A stretch of DNA of 49,274 bases, counting the filler, from Streblomastix strix (lineage: Eukaryota), in NCBI GenBank assembly GCA_008636045.1. It is 3 parts of 3 records of this genome, joined end to end, with 100 filler letters (N's around TTAATTAATTAA, not from the genome) between each part and the next. Parts side by side here need not be neighbours in the genome. Positions count along the whole stretch, not along the records: positions 1 to 16,359 come from SNRW01000829.1; 2 more parts are not named here. One strand, 5' to 3'. The translations under genes and the position numbers were made by a program. The notes under the pieces are model-generated. The model was not told the DNA's origin, did no database searches, and saw nothing but the letters and a program-made list of their open reading frames with translations. Numbering within the stretch: position 1 is the stretch's first letter; every line of letters starts with the position of its first letter. This document shows positions 1 through 14,083 of this stretch, in pieces.

Positions 1-1092
1 TCATCAGGACCAATATCTGATTCTAGCTTGTCAGATAATCTAACGAAGTCTTTGTTGATCCGATATAGCTTCTCAATACTATTCCATAAAACTTTATCAA
101 TGTTAGAAATAGAGACATTTTAGATGAGAACATCCATGATTCTTATAATTTCTCTCCTCTTGTATATTTTAGATATGCAACTTTTATATCTCATCAATGG
201 TTCTTCCATAATAATCTTAATATCATTCTCTTCTTCTTATGTTATAAGTGCCAAGAGCTTGATGTAATTATCTGAATTGAACATGAAATTTTCCCCTTTC
301 TTCCGCGAATCAACCGTGCGCCACGCAATAACTATGATAAATTTCTATATTTCTAAGTTAAGATGAGATAAATATATATCTTTAACAATTTATTCTGGTC
401 CAACTTAAGCAGTTTCACGTGGAACTTCTTTACATTTATGAATGCTATATGCCCTTCTACTTAGTTTTTCATTCTAAATTCCTCGTTCTTCCTCGAAATA
501 GTTTCCGATTTGGCGACGAGCTTGCGGAGTCTCTTATTCGTCAATTATTAAATCCCTGGACTGAAGTGGTGTTCGCACAGATGAGCAAGTCAGTTCATAT
601 GAAAATATAGGTTGGAGCTAGTTCCTTGAAACTTAAAGCTAAAGGATTTATATTGTTTTCCTAAAACCATTTGTTATCGCGCCATCAATGGCTTATAATC
701 TCGACTTATCTTCTTCATATAATTCTTTCATAACAGGATTTGCATGCTTGCTTTTAATATCTCTAATTAGATTCATTTAGATTGTTGTCACGATTTTGCA
801 AACCTTTTAGTTTGCTTGCAACTTAAAGTTGTGAGTTTAAGTAAAATCAAAACAGATATCAAGATGAATCAAGCATAAGCACTCAAGAATCTCATGGAAA
901 ACGGTACATCAGTTGTGTTCTTCAATGATGGATACATCATGAAAGCAAAGAATAAGATAAAAATATACGAAAAAGGAAAGAAATAACCAAAAATATTGAT
1001 TTAAACTTAACAAACTAAGTTACTATAAGCATGAGGTGGTGGTTAAGTAAAACCAAAACGTGCAGCAAAACGTCAAGTTGAAAGTGATTTTG

Positions 1093-1497
1093 ATGAAGAC
1101 GCCGATGATGAATTCTAACAAAGTGAATGTAAATTTCGATAAAGTGAGCAGTTATATAGCAATGATGAAGATAATGAATAAATTATCGCCTGAAACCCGT
1201 GAAAACTTCGAAGCCAACACCATAGAAACAATAAAAAAACCATAAATAAATTGCACTTCACCATTAGTTAATCTTGAAGAATTTGTACGTTTGCGAACTG
1301 AAAACGCATTTATTAAATAACAACATAAAGATTCAACAAAGAAGATTGAAAAATATAAGGATAAAATAAAGATATTTAAGTAAAAGAAGTAAGTTGAAGA
1401 ATCATAGCGTCAACCATAAACTCCATCTTAAGCTGAGAATCCCGAACCGTAAGAAGAAATTCCTGAAATACGATTTAATGATACAGATTTATGGTGA
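1093..1497 (+). CDS. Hypothetical coiled-coil protein of element A (134 aa, code 6)
   Basis: Track ORF 1060-1245 continues in frame through several TAA/TAG to TGA 1495-1497 (...QEEIPEIRFNDTDLW*). Confidence 0.55.
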
Positions 1498-1518
1498 AAA
1501 ATATATCTAAAACTAATT

Positions 1519-1875
1519 TCATTCTTCAATTATATCTTATTTTTATTAAATAGCTTCTTTTAAGTCTTTAATATTAGCAAATTCCATTATTTTTTTATAT
1601 TTTTCATCGTATTTATCAACGATTTAATGTATTAAGGCAAGGTCAACTTCATTGTTTACAATCAATCTTCGCAATCTATTAATAAAATATTGCTAAGAAT
1701 CAGGTGCAAATTACCGATGTACTTTCATCTTTAGTAATTCCTTTGCACGTGCACGTTTACAGCTAATTGCAGCAGCTTTAAGTGCATCATCTTCTGTTTT
1801 ATATTTAAATCGCGATGATTATCTCTTTACATCAGCGACGATTTCACATGTGAACAAAGTTGCAGAGTTTTACAT
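1519..1875 (-). CDS. Small basic putative DNA-binding protein (118 aa)
   Basis: Intact code-6 ORF MQNSATLF...FKYKTEDDALKAAAISCKRARAKE...DIIEE*; same position (downstream of integrase) and similar KYxTxEEA segment as 35501-35844. Confidence 0.55.
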
Positions 1876-1921
1876 CTTAATTTGCTTAATTTATAAAAGA
1901 CAATTTCCATTTTAGCAGATC

Positions 1922-3062
1922 TCATATATTGAAATATTAATTATATTTTTAATCTAATTAACATATTTCTTTTGCATCCAATTTGCAATATTATACAGGT
2001 AATTCGATATTATTTTCATCGGAATATGGCTTTAGCAACTTGGCAACAACATTTCCATTTGAATATCTTATGAAATAAGCTAATTCATTGAAATTTCTTC
2101 TTTATTTAACGAACTGATAACCAGTTTTAGAATAGTAAAGATGAATAATAAGGATATTTCCCGGAGAGAATGATATAAGCGCTTGTTTCTTTTGCTATTT
2201 TTTGATTTCAAAGTGGTAATTTTACTATTATCTTATGTAAATCCCTTCAATATCATGATTAAGATTGACTTATTATGGGGAAAATTTATTGTCATAGGCA
2301 GAATGAGGAGTTTAATTATACATTTATACCATTTTTTGCATCAAATCATTATCTGCAAATTTCTCAGAATCATTGCCAAATCCATTATGAATAGTTCTGA
2401 TAACAGAATCTACAACTCTGTTATGATTTGTGAATTTTGAATCAGTAAAGAATGAAGTAATGTTAATCTCTAAACAGAATGTTTTCAATATATTTCCGTT
2501 AAATCCTTTCTAGCCATCACCTCCGATTTTCGTAACATTATAATTCTTAATAAATATTTTCAAAGTATTCTTGATTTAACCCGCTGATTTATCTCTTAAT
2601 AGGAAAACTACGAGATATTTTGTGTTAATATTTATGCAGAGGACATATTTTTGGATTGGCACAAATGATATGTTCGCCCATTGAAAATATCAAATCTATA
2701 TCCAAAAAACAGAAGTATGGAGAATAATTTGGGTGATTTATCTTAGATAATGGTTTTATTTAATAATCATTAGGAGTTTCTTGTACCTTTTAAAGTATTT
2801 CGCCATGCATCTTCTTATATTATTTAAATTTCGATTTAAACTAGAAATTCAATGTGTTTTTCTATTTCGGACGCATTGTTTTCATTATGAAACCTTGATT
2901 TGTTTCGTAATCTTGAAACACTTGATTAATCATGTTTTATATGTATTATTTATGTAATTTCTCAATCATCTTTTCATTAAATTTTCTGTAACTGCGAGTA
3001 CTCGTTGTTGCTTCGCAGAAATTTTACTTATTCAAATTCTTATCAAATTCCTAATGTTTCAT
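1922..3062 (-). pseudogene. Retroviral-type (rve/DDE) integrase of Polinton-like virus, frameshifted
   Basis: Segments YVLCININTKYLVVF, GGDGQKGF, SKFTNHNRVVDSVIRTI, YNQTPHSAYDNKFSP. Confidence 0.8.
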
Positions 3063-3189
3063 TTAATTTATATTATGATATACGATATATTCGATCTATT
3101 ATGACACTTTTTCCTATGTTTTAGTGTTCATTTATAAGTTTATGCAAAAATAATTTAAGATAATAATTCATAGTTTAAAAGCTGCACAT

Positions 3190-6100
3190 TCAATGCGTTT
3201 CATCAACGATGCTTCGCGTCTTTATCTCATTTGAGAAAACAAAATATTTATCAGCGTTAATTCGATTCAAGATAGGTGCGCATGATTAGTTTTTAAGAAC
3301 TATTGTTTTTGTATTAATTCCGCTAATGTCAACACGATTTGATATTACTTCTGACATTAAAACTTATTTTTTAATTACGGGTTTCCGTGTTACTTCCGTG
3401 TGATAATCTTCATAAATATTTATAATAAAGGAATTTCTTGAAATATTTGGATTTAACTTCTAATTAACCCCCAATAGCTTCATAATTTCGATGTTATCAT
3501 ATGTATCTAAATAATAACACCTAGTGGCTAAAGTAAAGCATATTTTTACTTGGTGTTCAATGTTTCAACCAATTATTTTTTTCTTTTCGTGAATTTAATC
3601 TGACATTGGAAAAAATTAAGGATATAATTTATTCCATAAGTTTTGGTTCAGAATTGGCGAATTTTTATCAGCTATTCCTAAGCATAAACTATCTGTCTCA
3701 CCGTAAATTAGATATATTTTATACATATCAAGACATCGAACAAGAAAATTATAGAAAGTTTTAAGATAGAAATATTTGGAATTATCTTTCACGAAATAAG
3801 CCACTTATAACGGTGTTGAGCATTATCATTTCTTCTTTTCTAACACAATTTCTGATAAATTATCAGATAAATCTCATTCTGACATAAATATATTAAGCAT
3901 ATAGCACAGTCCAAGTTTTTATCTATTGCATATCCTAATATCTTAAAATTTTTCAGTATTCAATGCGTCAAAACAAAATGAAGCATTCGGTTTTATTGTA
4001 TATATTAATTCTAGATTTTTATTTCCTGCTGCTAATGCATCACATCTAGGCTTATGAGTTTCATTGACGAATTCGTGAAATGAAGTATTTTTACTGTATG
4101 TTGTGACTTATTGTATTTCATCAATTACAAGATGGCATCTATCTATAAAAAATCTTAAATAAAAGTTGTTAAAAGTCATGAATTCATTATGCGTCGACGA
4201 TAACATAGGTAATTTTGAATCTTCTTTATCGCATGCCATATGATGTTCAGTCATATTTTTGTAAGTATATTCCCCGACAGTCTACTTATTCATTATTATT
4301 TTAAGATTTCTCCAAATTACAGGAAAATCTATAAATTCACTGATAAATTCTTCTGGAATATAAGCTTTAACAACTGTAATGAACAATTAAACCATATTTT
4401 TCAAGAAATACTCATCTCATTAGAATCTATATTCCTTATAAATTATTTATTTTGCTCTTTATTCGCCTTTAATTACTGCAGTGACATCCCCAGGCATATA
4501 TATCTTATGATTTGTGTACGGAACAAGAATATGCGAATTTGAAACCAATATAGAAGGATAAAAGCAATTGAAATCAAGATATGTTATGTGCGAGATAATA
4601 TGGGGCAAATCGATGGAATGAACTGTTTTATCTGAAAAATTTTATTTAAATTTGTTAATTGGCGTTAATACAGATACATTTTATCTGTGCATAACGTATG
4701 AATTTCCGTCAATCATATTGTTCCGTAAGATTTTATAAACATCTTGGTCAGAAATAGTTATTGCATGATGATTATAATATACAAATTTGCGTAATTATAT
4801 CATAGGTCGACACATATCTATATCTTTGATTGAAATGAATTTATCGCAGTAAGTACAACAAGGCTTAACGTTTGTTATATACATGATTTTTCATTATCTA
4901 TTCTATCTAAAGTTGGTTGATTTTTATAAATAATTCTAGTTTTAAATATTTGACAGCAAGAAGAAATGAATAAATCATGAAAATACTTATAATCATAATT
5001 AGATATATTTTGATCTGTACGTCATTTTTTTTGTTTGTCTTGTTTTTTATAAGATTCCACTTTATATCTTTATTGTTTATCAGTAAAATTAAATGATGGA
5101 TCATTGATTTAAGAAGATTAATCAGTTTCAATATCAAAATTATTTTAAACATGAGAATATTTATCAAAACAAGTAAGTTTAGCAAGTAATGTATTCGTTA
5201 ATAAGTCAATTTTATTTTTGAAATATAGATTTACTAAAAAATCGATGGAATTTTTCATTAGTTTTGTTTACAATTCTATAGCTTCTAAACCGCTTTGTAG
5301 ATGTTCGAGAATGGCAACTCCATTGCCGGCCTTAAGGCTATCTTTTTCTTAAAACTTAGCTTAACTAACTTCCTCTATTGATTTCTCAAAGGAAATATTG
5401 TCAACTAAATAGTTCTTTACATCAAGAAACTTAAGATGAATCGAATTTACGTTTTAATCTTATTTTTTCATGATTTATAGATATTTTTCGGTTGGTTTAC
5501 TATAAAATATTTAGGAGATGACGTTTATCCTTCAAAATCGATGTATTCATAGTTATACGATTGGAGATTTCTGAAAATCAATGTAATCGATGTTTTCAGC
5601 GAATAAAATCCAATTACAGGTACTTGATACCGTTAAGGGACCTCATCATCAAAATAGTTATCATATTTTACCTATTTTGCTTCTGCAAATTGATAATCAA
5701 GCCATTAATCTACAAAACTCGCTTAACTACAATTGAAATAACATATTTATATTCCTGACTTAGTTTTAATTGCTGATGCAACGGAAATTGGTTTGATTAC
5801 AGGGTATTTTATATCATCTTCTTATTGATTCACAGCGTTAAATAGAAAAGTTATGTAATATTACATTTGCTTATATTCTAGTAATCGATTTTGTAAAAGT
5901 AAGAATTTATAAGTTTAATTCGATATAATAAGCGGTGAAATTGGGTTTGAAAACTTCTCTAATCTAACTTATTTTTTGGATTTCCAAGTATCATCGTGCA
6001 TTCCTTAATGTGAGCGTCCATTTTACGTTAAACGTGTCTATTTTCATCCTTTACATAGATTGCATGATTGTTGCAGATTGGACAAACAAGTAAATTAATC

Positions 6101-7640
6101 AGTTTTTCGACATTTTTGATATACATGATATGTTAATTGCCAATATCATCGTTTAATAAGAGAATATTATAAGGTTTACGTTCTTCAACTTAAATGTCAG
6201 GATATGAAATTAGTCGTTAATATTTGGGTTTTTTAATCATCAGCCTCAAACCCTTCGCCAACGTATTCAGGACTGTTGATATTTATATTAAATTTTTCAG
6301 CAACTTTATTTGCATCATTCCAATTAAATCCAGGATATTCTTTGAGAAATTTACGTTAATTAGATTCTGGAATTCCGTAAAAGGAGAATAACAAACGTTT
6401 ACCTTCAGCAATTCGTTTATGTCTATCAATTTCAACATCTTTCGAATTCGGCATAGTTATACATGTTAAATTATACCAGAAATATATGTTATAATCATCG
6501 TCAGTATCTATATTTTTGATAATATTCTTTTTCTTCTGAATTTTAATCAATTCTTCTATGATTTTATCCGGAAAAAGGTAGACTGTGAGATGTAATTTAC
6601 ATCGAAAAAATTGCGACAATCAATTCCTTTGTATCAGTTAGTTCTCCGAATTCTTGCATAAACAAAATTGATGAACGTACGTATTCTTTGAAAATATCGA
6701 ATGAATTTCTATCGAAGAGAATCACTGGAGCATGTATTTAACTGAAATTGTTATCAGAAAGTTTAATCCTGTAAGTAATTAAGTAGCGTCCGTCAATATA
6801 TTAGAGTTTATGTATAAGTTTTTTGTTTTTCAGCTGTTCCTTCATGTTTTCGAGCATTTCTTTGCGATCAAAATCGACATTAAAATCAAAAGTACATTTA
6901 AATAATCATCCTTTTTCATATATGTACACATATTCAATGAATTTGTCAAAATTTTCCATTGAACGGATATAAATATGAATGAAATCAACAATTATTGCAG
7001 TTACATCAGTTAAATTATGAAAATAAAGTTTAATTCCGCTGTGTCTGGTCCTAGCTTCATTAATTGCTTACGCACGTAAATTCATATTTAGCGGCTTACA
7101 TAATGTCATAAACTCGGGATCGGCAGAAGAAACTAATTATAAAACAAACTCACCGAATTTATCGATGAGATCTTGAAATTTAACATGGGTTTTTCTGAGA
7201 ATTTGAGAAAATTATCATCTAAACTATAATAATGATGTTATATCCAATACAAGTAATTTTCACGGTTCAATTAATCGCTCAACTATCTCTTTTCTTATTT
7301 TTTTGCAGATTTACATTATTTATGCATCATATTTCACTGTTTGCTAGACTCTGATTTAATTTTGCGACGCTGTTTTCGAGGTTAATTTTCGACAGTTTCT
7401 TTAAGATTATTTCTTGGAAGATTCGCCTGCGGTTTCGTCGGCTTATTTTTAGCTTACCGATTTTGCTGTTGATTATGTTGCTTTTGGGATGCTAAATCGC
7501 GCATCCGTTATAACTGTTGCTGTTAATTTGGACAGTTTTTATTATTTTTTGCCTTGTTTAACGGATGTTATGATTGCGGAGGCTGATTTCGACGTTGATT
7601 ACGACTTTTACGGTGAGATATGGCGGATATTTGAGATTTG
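3190..7640 (-). pseudogene. Near full-length protein-primed family B DNA polymerase, many disablements
   Basis: Motif A LDFNCFYPS (~4553-4590), degenerate motif B region NASFCFDALNTE (~3955-3990), motif C YGETDS (~3690-3707), C-terminal TLATRCYY; long N-terminal extension; 5' boundary approximate. Confidence 0.9.
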
Positions 7641-7820
7641 TTAAAATGCCAAAAAGAAAGATTCTTTAAAATAATTGTTATATTAATAATGATTTTCAAA
7701 TAAATTTTATTATTTTTAATTTTTTAATTTTTAATTTGTGTCGTAATTAATTATTAATTCATGACAGTTGATTTTTTATCATGTCGCTTTTAGTAAATTG
7801 ATAAATGTACAAATAAGAAA

Positions 7821-10759
7821 ATGTCTCAAATCTCGGATATATCCGTTAAGATACGTAAATCTGGGAAAAATTAAATAACAAAACATAAAATTAACCGTCT
7901 AAAGATGGAATTTTTGATTTGGAAATAGATGATTCATTCATGTATGAATAATTGAGCTATAAATCGCATGGAAAATATAGTTAAGTAGATCTTTACATGG
8001 ATCTTCGTAAAGGTGGTGAAAAGTATGGATTACCACCAAAAACACATGATTTATCATATAGAGAGCATTCTAAAAATGAAATATCAAAAGATTATTGGAT
8101 AGAATTTAGTTTGCGACCATCAATCTGTATAATTATAACAAGATAGCATATCAAACCAATTATCAATCCGAAATAACATATGTCAAAAAAAATATAAATA
8201 AAACATGCCAAGGTCAAACTCTTGATATTGAATAAGGCAAATACATGGCGGTAATTGATATAAACATTGATTATGAAGAGAAATTAGATGTTTCACTGCG
8301 TGATATGATAAGAAATAGCATAATATAACTGTTTTAACCTGCAAAACAACAAGATTTTCAAGATGAATGTATAACTCCAACTGATGCGCAAATCTTGATG
8401 GAAAAATACAATTATTGTCGCAATGTTGGACTTGTTAAATCAGCAAGAGGCGGACTTCATATATATTGTAACATGGGTCCATATAAATTACATCGAAATT
8501 CTATAATTAACATAATTGTAACAAAAGATTTTTCAGGTGATTTAATTTCATGTGTTGAAGAAATGAATTTTAGAAGAAAAAATGATTTAATTGATGTTAA
8601 TGATAGATGTAAAACAAGAAAAATAGTGTTATCTGAAACCTAGATATAAAAATAACTAGATTCAAAGAGAAAACCACTAAATCTAGAGATAAAATAGAAG
8701 ATATAAACAGGCGAATTGAGAAATCCAATTTTTACATATCAAGACTTAAATAACGCTTATGAAAAGACGAGTCTTGCAGAAATATAAGATGTATTTCTAA
8801 TCTTAAGATATGAATTTAAGGTTATTCAGCTTGATTTAGAAAAATTAGAAAAAATCGAAGTACGTAAAAGTTGCAATCAAATATCAACTGCAGGCGGAGT
8901 CTATGGCTTAGAAAAATGCGAAATGACCAAAGAATAAACAGAAATATTAGTTCAAGAATTAAGTTAGTCCATAATTCACACAAATCATCCTCATGTAGAA
9001 GGAGAATTAAGCTTATTTAAGCAATGCACTTATATAAATGGATTGAGATCAATCGACAATGTTTATGAAGATTTCATAAATGAATGCTGTAATTATATAG
9101 AAGAAAATTGCGATCATTCTTTATAAGCGAAAACATGTTTTCAGGCACATCGTAAACGTTATTCTGAAAAATAATAATCGCCATATTATTTGCAGGGATT
9201 TATCTAAAAATTCAAGCCAGATTATAATGCATAACAATTTATTCCATTAATGGCGCTAAAATGAAATAAATCAGCAGATCATAAACCACTATTATCGATT
9301 TTAAGAAGATATAAGTGCGTAACATCGATATAAAAGAATAATTCGGTTTAGATGACACTATTCATAAAATTAGAGTAAAACCTTATGAATGTGTCAAAGA
9401 AATCATATCTAACTTGATAAAAATGCTGAGAATTAAGATATAAGGGAATGAGTTGATATACTTTCTAAAATAAACAAGAACATAGAAGAAACCGCTGTAA
9501 ATAAAAGTATTTCAAGGATTGCAACATAAAACTAAAGAACAAATAGAAAACATTGACAACAACAAAAATGAATAATCTTAAAATAATCCATTTTATGAAA
9601 TTTAGAGGTTAACCGTTGATGCAACAAGAAAATATCTAGATATACATTCAAAATATAATGGTTTGAAATCAAAATTACAGTGGAAAATAGCAAATTTTTA
9701 AGGGAATTTCTTATTAATTACAGATACATATTTTCTAATCGAAGATCCCAGTGTTTTATTATTATTTTAATGCTGGAAATACGATTTTTTTCTTTCAACT
9801 AGTAACTATAAGTAGTTCCACCATTTCTACATCTTATAAGAGATATTTTTGCAAATAACAATGAATAAGTTTATAAATATATCCTGAATTGGATTTCACA
9901 CATGATTTAATATCCATAGTTGCAAACAGAAGCGAGTATTATATTAACAGGCTTGGAAGGCACTGTAAAAAATACGTTTACGAATATATTAAGCGAATTA
10001 ATGGTTGGGTGTTCAGAAGGAAATTTTACAAAACTGTTCTCAATCAGAGGTAAATTCAACAGTTCATTGTTATTTAAAGTATTTGCTGTTGGAAATGAGC
10101 TAAGAAAGTTTAGAGATATATCGTAACATGATATTGAATCATTGAAGTCAATATTAATGGACTATCAATTAGAATAAGAAGCAAAATATGTAAATCCACA
10201 AACTGAACAAAATATTACAAACATGATTTTAATATCAATTCATAGTAATCCAGTATAAATATCCATAACAGATAGAAGATATTTGGTTTTAAATGTTAAC
10301 TGCAACTTCATGACATATGATGGTGTAATAATTATTGTGGAAAATACAAAATTCATCAAGGAAATCGATGATTTAAGTCGTTTAAAACTATTTTATGATA
10401 ATTTATTAACATTTTTTGCAAAAAGAGAAATTTCGACTGTAAATTTACGTGAAATTCCACTTATTTACGCAAAAGAGGATATTATCGAAGCATCTTTAAT
10501 AGATACAAACATATTTATTAGAGATCACTATATGGAATTGAAAGGTGGAATGAATAAATCGATAGCATTGAGTTAGAAAACAGAAAATATTACAAACAAA
10601 ACGTTTTAATTCGAGATTATGCAAAAATATGAGAATAAAATTATTTAAATTAAGAAGATACTATATTACAACAATAAATATAAACAAAAATTCATCCAAT
10701 ATTTCGAGAAATTGCATGGTAGATATGCTGAGACGATTGATAAAGTAATTAATAAATGA
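7821..10759 (+). pseudogene. AEP (Prim-Pol) primase fused to D5-like SF3 helicase, frameshifted
   Basis: GLVKSARGGLHIYCN primase motif (ORF 8395); degenerate Walker A ILTGLEGTVKNTF, GKFNSSL, GNEL, TDRRYLV; homologous to 46279-49022. Confidence 0.85.
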
Positions 10760-11149
10760 ACATTTGTCGCCCGTTAACGAAATGAAAAAATCTCCCAAAT
10801 TCCACTGTCAAAAAACAAATCTATATTGTTAAATACAAAAACTCATAATTATTATTTTTGAAAATCTATTTTAAAATCATAACCCCCAAAACCCTATTAT
10901 TGGGGATAAATGATAAAAAGAGCAGAAAGCCCTTACATTTTTGAACGTGCATGGTATTTCATTATCCCGACCATTGTCCCTCATCCTCTTTCCTCAAATC
11001 TCCTCCTCCACATCCATCATCTCCGTTATTACGACTTTTTAAATCCCCCAATTATTACATTTATTTATTAACCTTTTATTACATTAATTTCTGTAACTTT
11101 TCATTAATTCCCTAATTAATAATTAAATTCATAATAATTCATACTTGCC

Positions 11150-11697
11150 ATGAATAGCGTTATTTCCCACTTCAAATGGAATCCATTTTATTGAAAGAGA
11201 TACTTATTCGGCTAATTGGGCAATTAGCGACACCCCTAATGAAGATTAGACTTAATAATTCAGTGCCGTAATTAAAGATAAAGATTTTTATAATAAAAAT
11301 GGTAAATATTTCTTCCCATCCATTAAAAGTGACGTTTATGATGAGAAGAAAATCCTTAGATTATCGATTGAAAGACAAGATCCATCAATGGTAGCATTAG
11401 CTCCTAAAAATTTTATCTTATTGACTAATTATTATGATGATTAAAAAAATAAAATTAATAGGATTTAATTAGAAAACTAACAAAATCACTAAATAACAGA
11501 TAGTTGATTGCATTAATGAAGAAAAGATAATATAATGCGTTAATAATCGATTTGGATAGAAAAATCATTAGAAGTCACAACTATCCAAAGAAAAAAATGG
11601 AATCACTGAAACTCCTACGAAAATGATCGTGCTAGACAACCAGTCATGCTGTCAATATATTTTCGGTCTTACTGCTTCAGATTATTCGTTAGTATGA
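11150..11697 (+). pseudogene. pPolB C-terminal fragment (5'-truncated)
   Basis: HFIERDTYSANWAIS (degenerate motif C), DEKKILRLSIE, MVALAPKNF, TKMIVLDNQSCCQYIFGLTASDYSLV*. Confidence 0.85.
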
Positions 11698-11721
11698 AAC
11701 CAACGGTTTTAGCTCCGCTAA
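11695..11721 (+). terminator. Stop-anchored double mini-hairpin, copy 1 (TGAAACCAACGGTTTTAGCTCCGCTAA)
   Basis: Begins at the pPolB TGA, between convergent pPolB and ATPase; four more copies in contig 3; terminator role is inference. Confidence 0.55.
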
Positions 11722-11734
11722 ACAAAAATAATGT

Positions 11735-12753
11735 ATTCATTTATTTTCCATAATTCAAATATCCCATGCCACTTGTTTAATATAATTAACTCATATTTCT
11801 TTAATGTGTTATACAATAGAAGGAATTCATCGAAGTTAATATTTTATACAGTATTTTCTTCATATACTTATCTTAAATCATTTTCTCCTAGATTAACGCC
11901 TAAACAAATTTCGTAGGTTAATATACTAGCAGTATTAAACAAACAACTTGGTCGTTTAACTATAAATAATATGGTATTTTTTATATGTCTTGAATTTCTA
12001 ACTAAATGAGTAATTGTTTTAGATAATTATGAACTAAATCGTTAAATATCAGCTGTAGATCCAATATCATCAAATATCATTAATGTATTGAGCAATTATG
12101 CCTTATTCAGTTTTGATATTTTCATTATGTTTACATCAATTTAATCATCATCATCGATTTTGAATTTCATTCGATAATTAACATTTTGAATTAGTGCAGA
12201 AATATCAAATCTCATTATTTTGGTTGGTTTACTATATCGGCTAACGGTTTCGATTATTTTATATTTAAATAATTCAATAATTCGATTAAGATAAACAATA
12301 GGTATTTCATCTTTTTTTTATCTCATTATTTTATATGATTTACTCCTCCATTCGCTTGATGAAATCTCTAGAGTAGGTTTATTATTATTCATTCATTTTG
12401 TTCCATGTATACATCTCTTTAGTTGAGTATTTTATCTCATCAAATTCAGGTAGAAATATCATTGCTTCTCCATAAGTTACATTCGTTAACTATATGTTCT
12501 TACCACTTAGATTTAATGCCATGGTTTCAACTGCACCATAATTCGAGAAGTATTATATGAATGGATCGATTACTTTCTTATATGTCACAATTGGCTTACA
12601 CATTAATGTTGTTTTACCACTTCCAACAGTTCCAACTATATAATGATTTCCATTAATAATGAATAGTGAATTCTTCGTTAATAGCTTAGTTTTATATTCG
12701 TCAAATGGATCATAATTCGTAAATGTTATATTTTATAATTCTTGTAGTGACAT
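11735..12753 (-). pseudogene. A32/FtsK-like DNA packaging ATPase
   Basis: MSLQELQN start; Walker A HYIVGTVGSGKTT; Walker B LMIFDDIG; RNSRH arginine-finger-like motif; frameshifts; 3' end approximate. Confidence 0.85.
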
Positions 12754-14083
12754 TTTAAAAATAGTAAATGAAAGTTTTAAGTTTGATCGTTGAGCTAATG
12801 AATTATATATTTTATGGAGTTAAATTTATAACATCAATTCAATTTGTATAAATTCCTGAAAAATTAAAGGATATCGTTAGTTAAATAAAAATATTGTGGA
12901 ATTATTTTAAAATAGTATTGGTATTATTAAATATAATGATTTTTGTGATACAATTCTTTTATGAAAGGAAAATGGAAAAGAATTAGCCTCGTATACGCTG
13001 GTCATAACTATTTGTAGAATTAATTGAAACATTTCTGAATGAAGCAATATTAAATAAAGATTTGGAATTAGCTACTCATTGGAGATATATCCTTTATCTA
13101 AAATGTTAAATTATCTTAATAGAATTAATATTTGAAAATAATTAAATGAAATAATGATACTAGTTGGCAACTAACATTGGCTCATAGTATTATGCAACTG
13201 ATTATGAGATATTCAAAATATTTGAAGCAATAATTGAAATAAGTTTAAATGAAATGAATGACGAAGAAAAATAAACATCTGATCAATAAAAATAACATTT
13301 TTGTTTCTTTGAACCAATGTAGGACAAAATTGAAGAGAAAATCAAATATATCTAATATATCAACAATCTTATTATTTTAAAATAAGCTAATAGTAATTTA
13401 CAAAATTACTGTATTATTCATCATTCACAAATTAATTGTTAATCTATTTTTTCTTCTTCAATAGCTTCTGAGATAATGTACTTCTTTATTTGTTATGGTT
13501 AATTGTTTAGAACTAATGACTTTTTAATTAAATTATATTTATTTTTGAAATATCAATCTTATTCATTGAATCGTTTATTTTTATACTCTTCTTCATCAAC
13601 CAAACGTTTGACATTTTATAGTTATTGCTACTAGTCATTGAACATTTTATTTATTCTCTTTAGATCCTAGAATAATCGATGGATTGGTTCTTTTGTATCA
13701 ATATTTAGCAAATTTTATAGAGCATCAATTGCTACTTTAATTGTATTTTAATTTTTAAAGTGTTATTTGATTAATTCATTGAATAATTATTTGATCGGAT
13801 ATATTTCATCTTTTTCCATTTAATTCAAAAATAAATTCATATTCTTTCATCAAATAGTTCATTCATATAAATAGTCAAAAGTTTAATATCTTCTTGTGTT
13901 TAGCTTAAAGATTAATTAGGATTTAAATTATCGAACATAAATAGATACAATTTCATTTAACATATTGTCTATTATATTGGGTCAAAAAGTTTTCTACATA
14001 ACTCTTATTATTCTGGATCCTTACTATCTTGTTAATAGTTTCCAATTAAAATTTATTTAGAAAAAAATTAAACATATATAAAA

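Larger units (their letters stand above)
1..10760. mobile_element. Decayed endogenous Polinton/Maverick-like virus A (integrase, pPolB, primase-helicase module); termini not visible
   Basis: Dense intronless cluster of rve integrase, long pPolB and divergent AEP-SF3 helicase when read in code 6. Confidence 0.85.

Noticed and set aside
12770..14050. Two convergent coding-like regions between the ATPase and the fiber-like gene
   Set aside because: Probably decayed viral genes, but boundaries and products could not be supported
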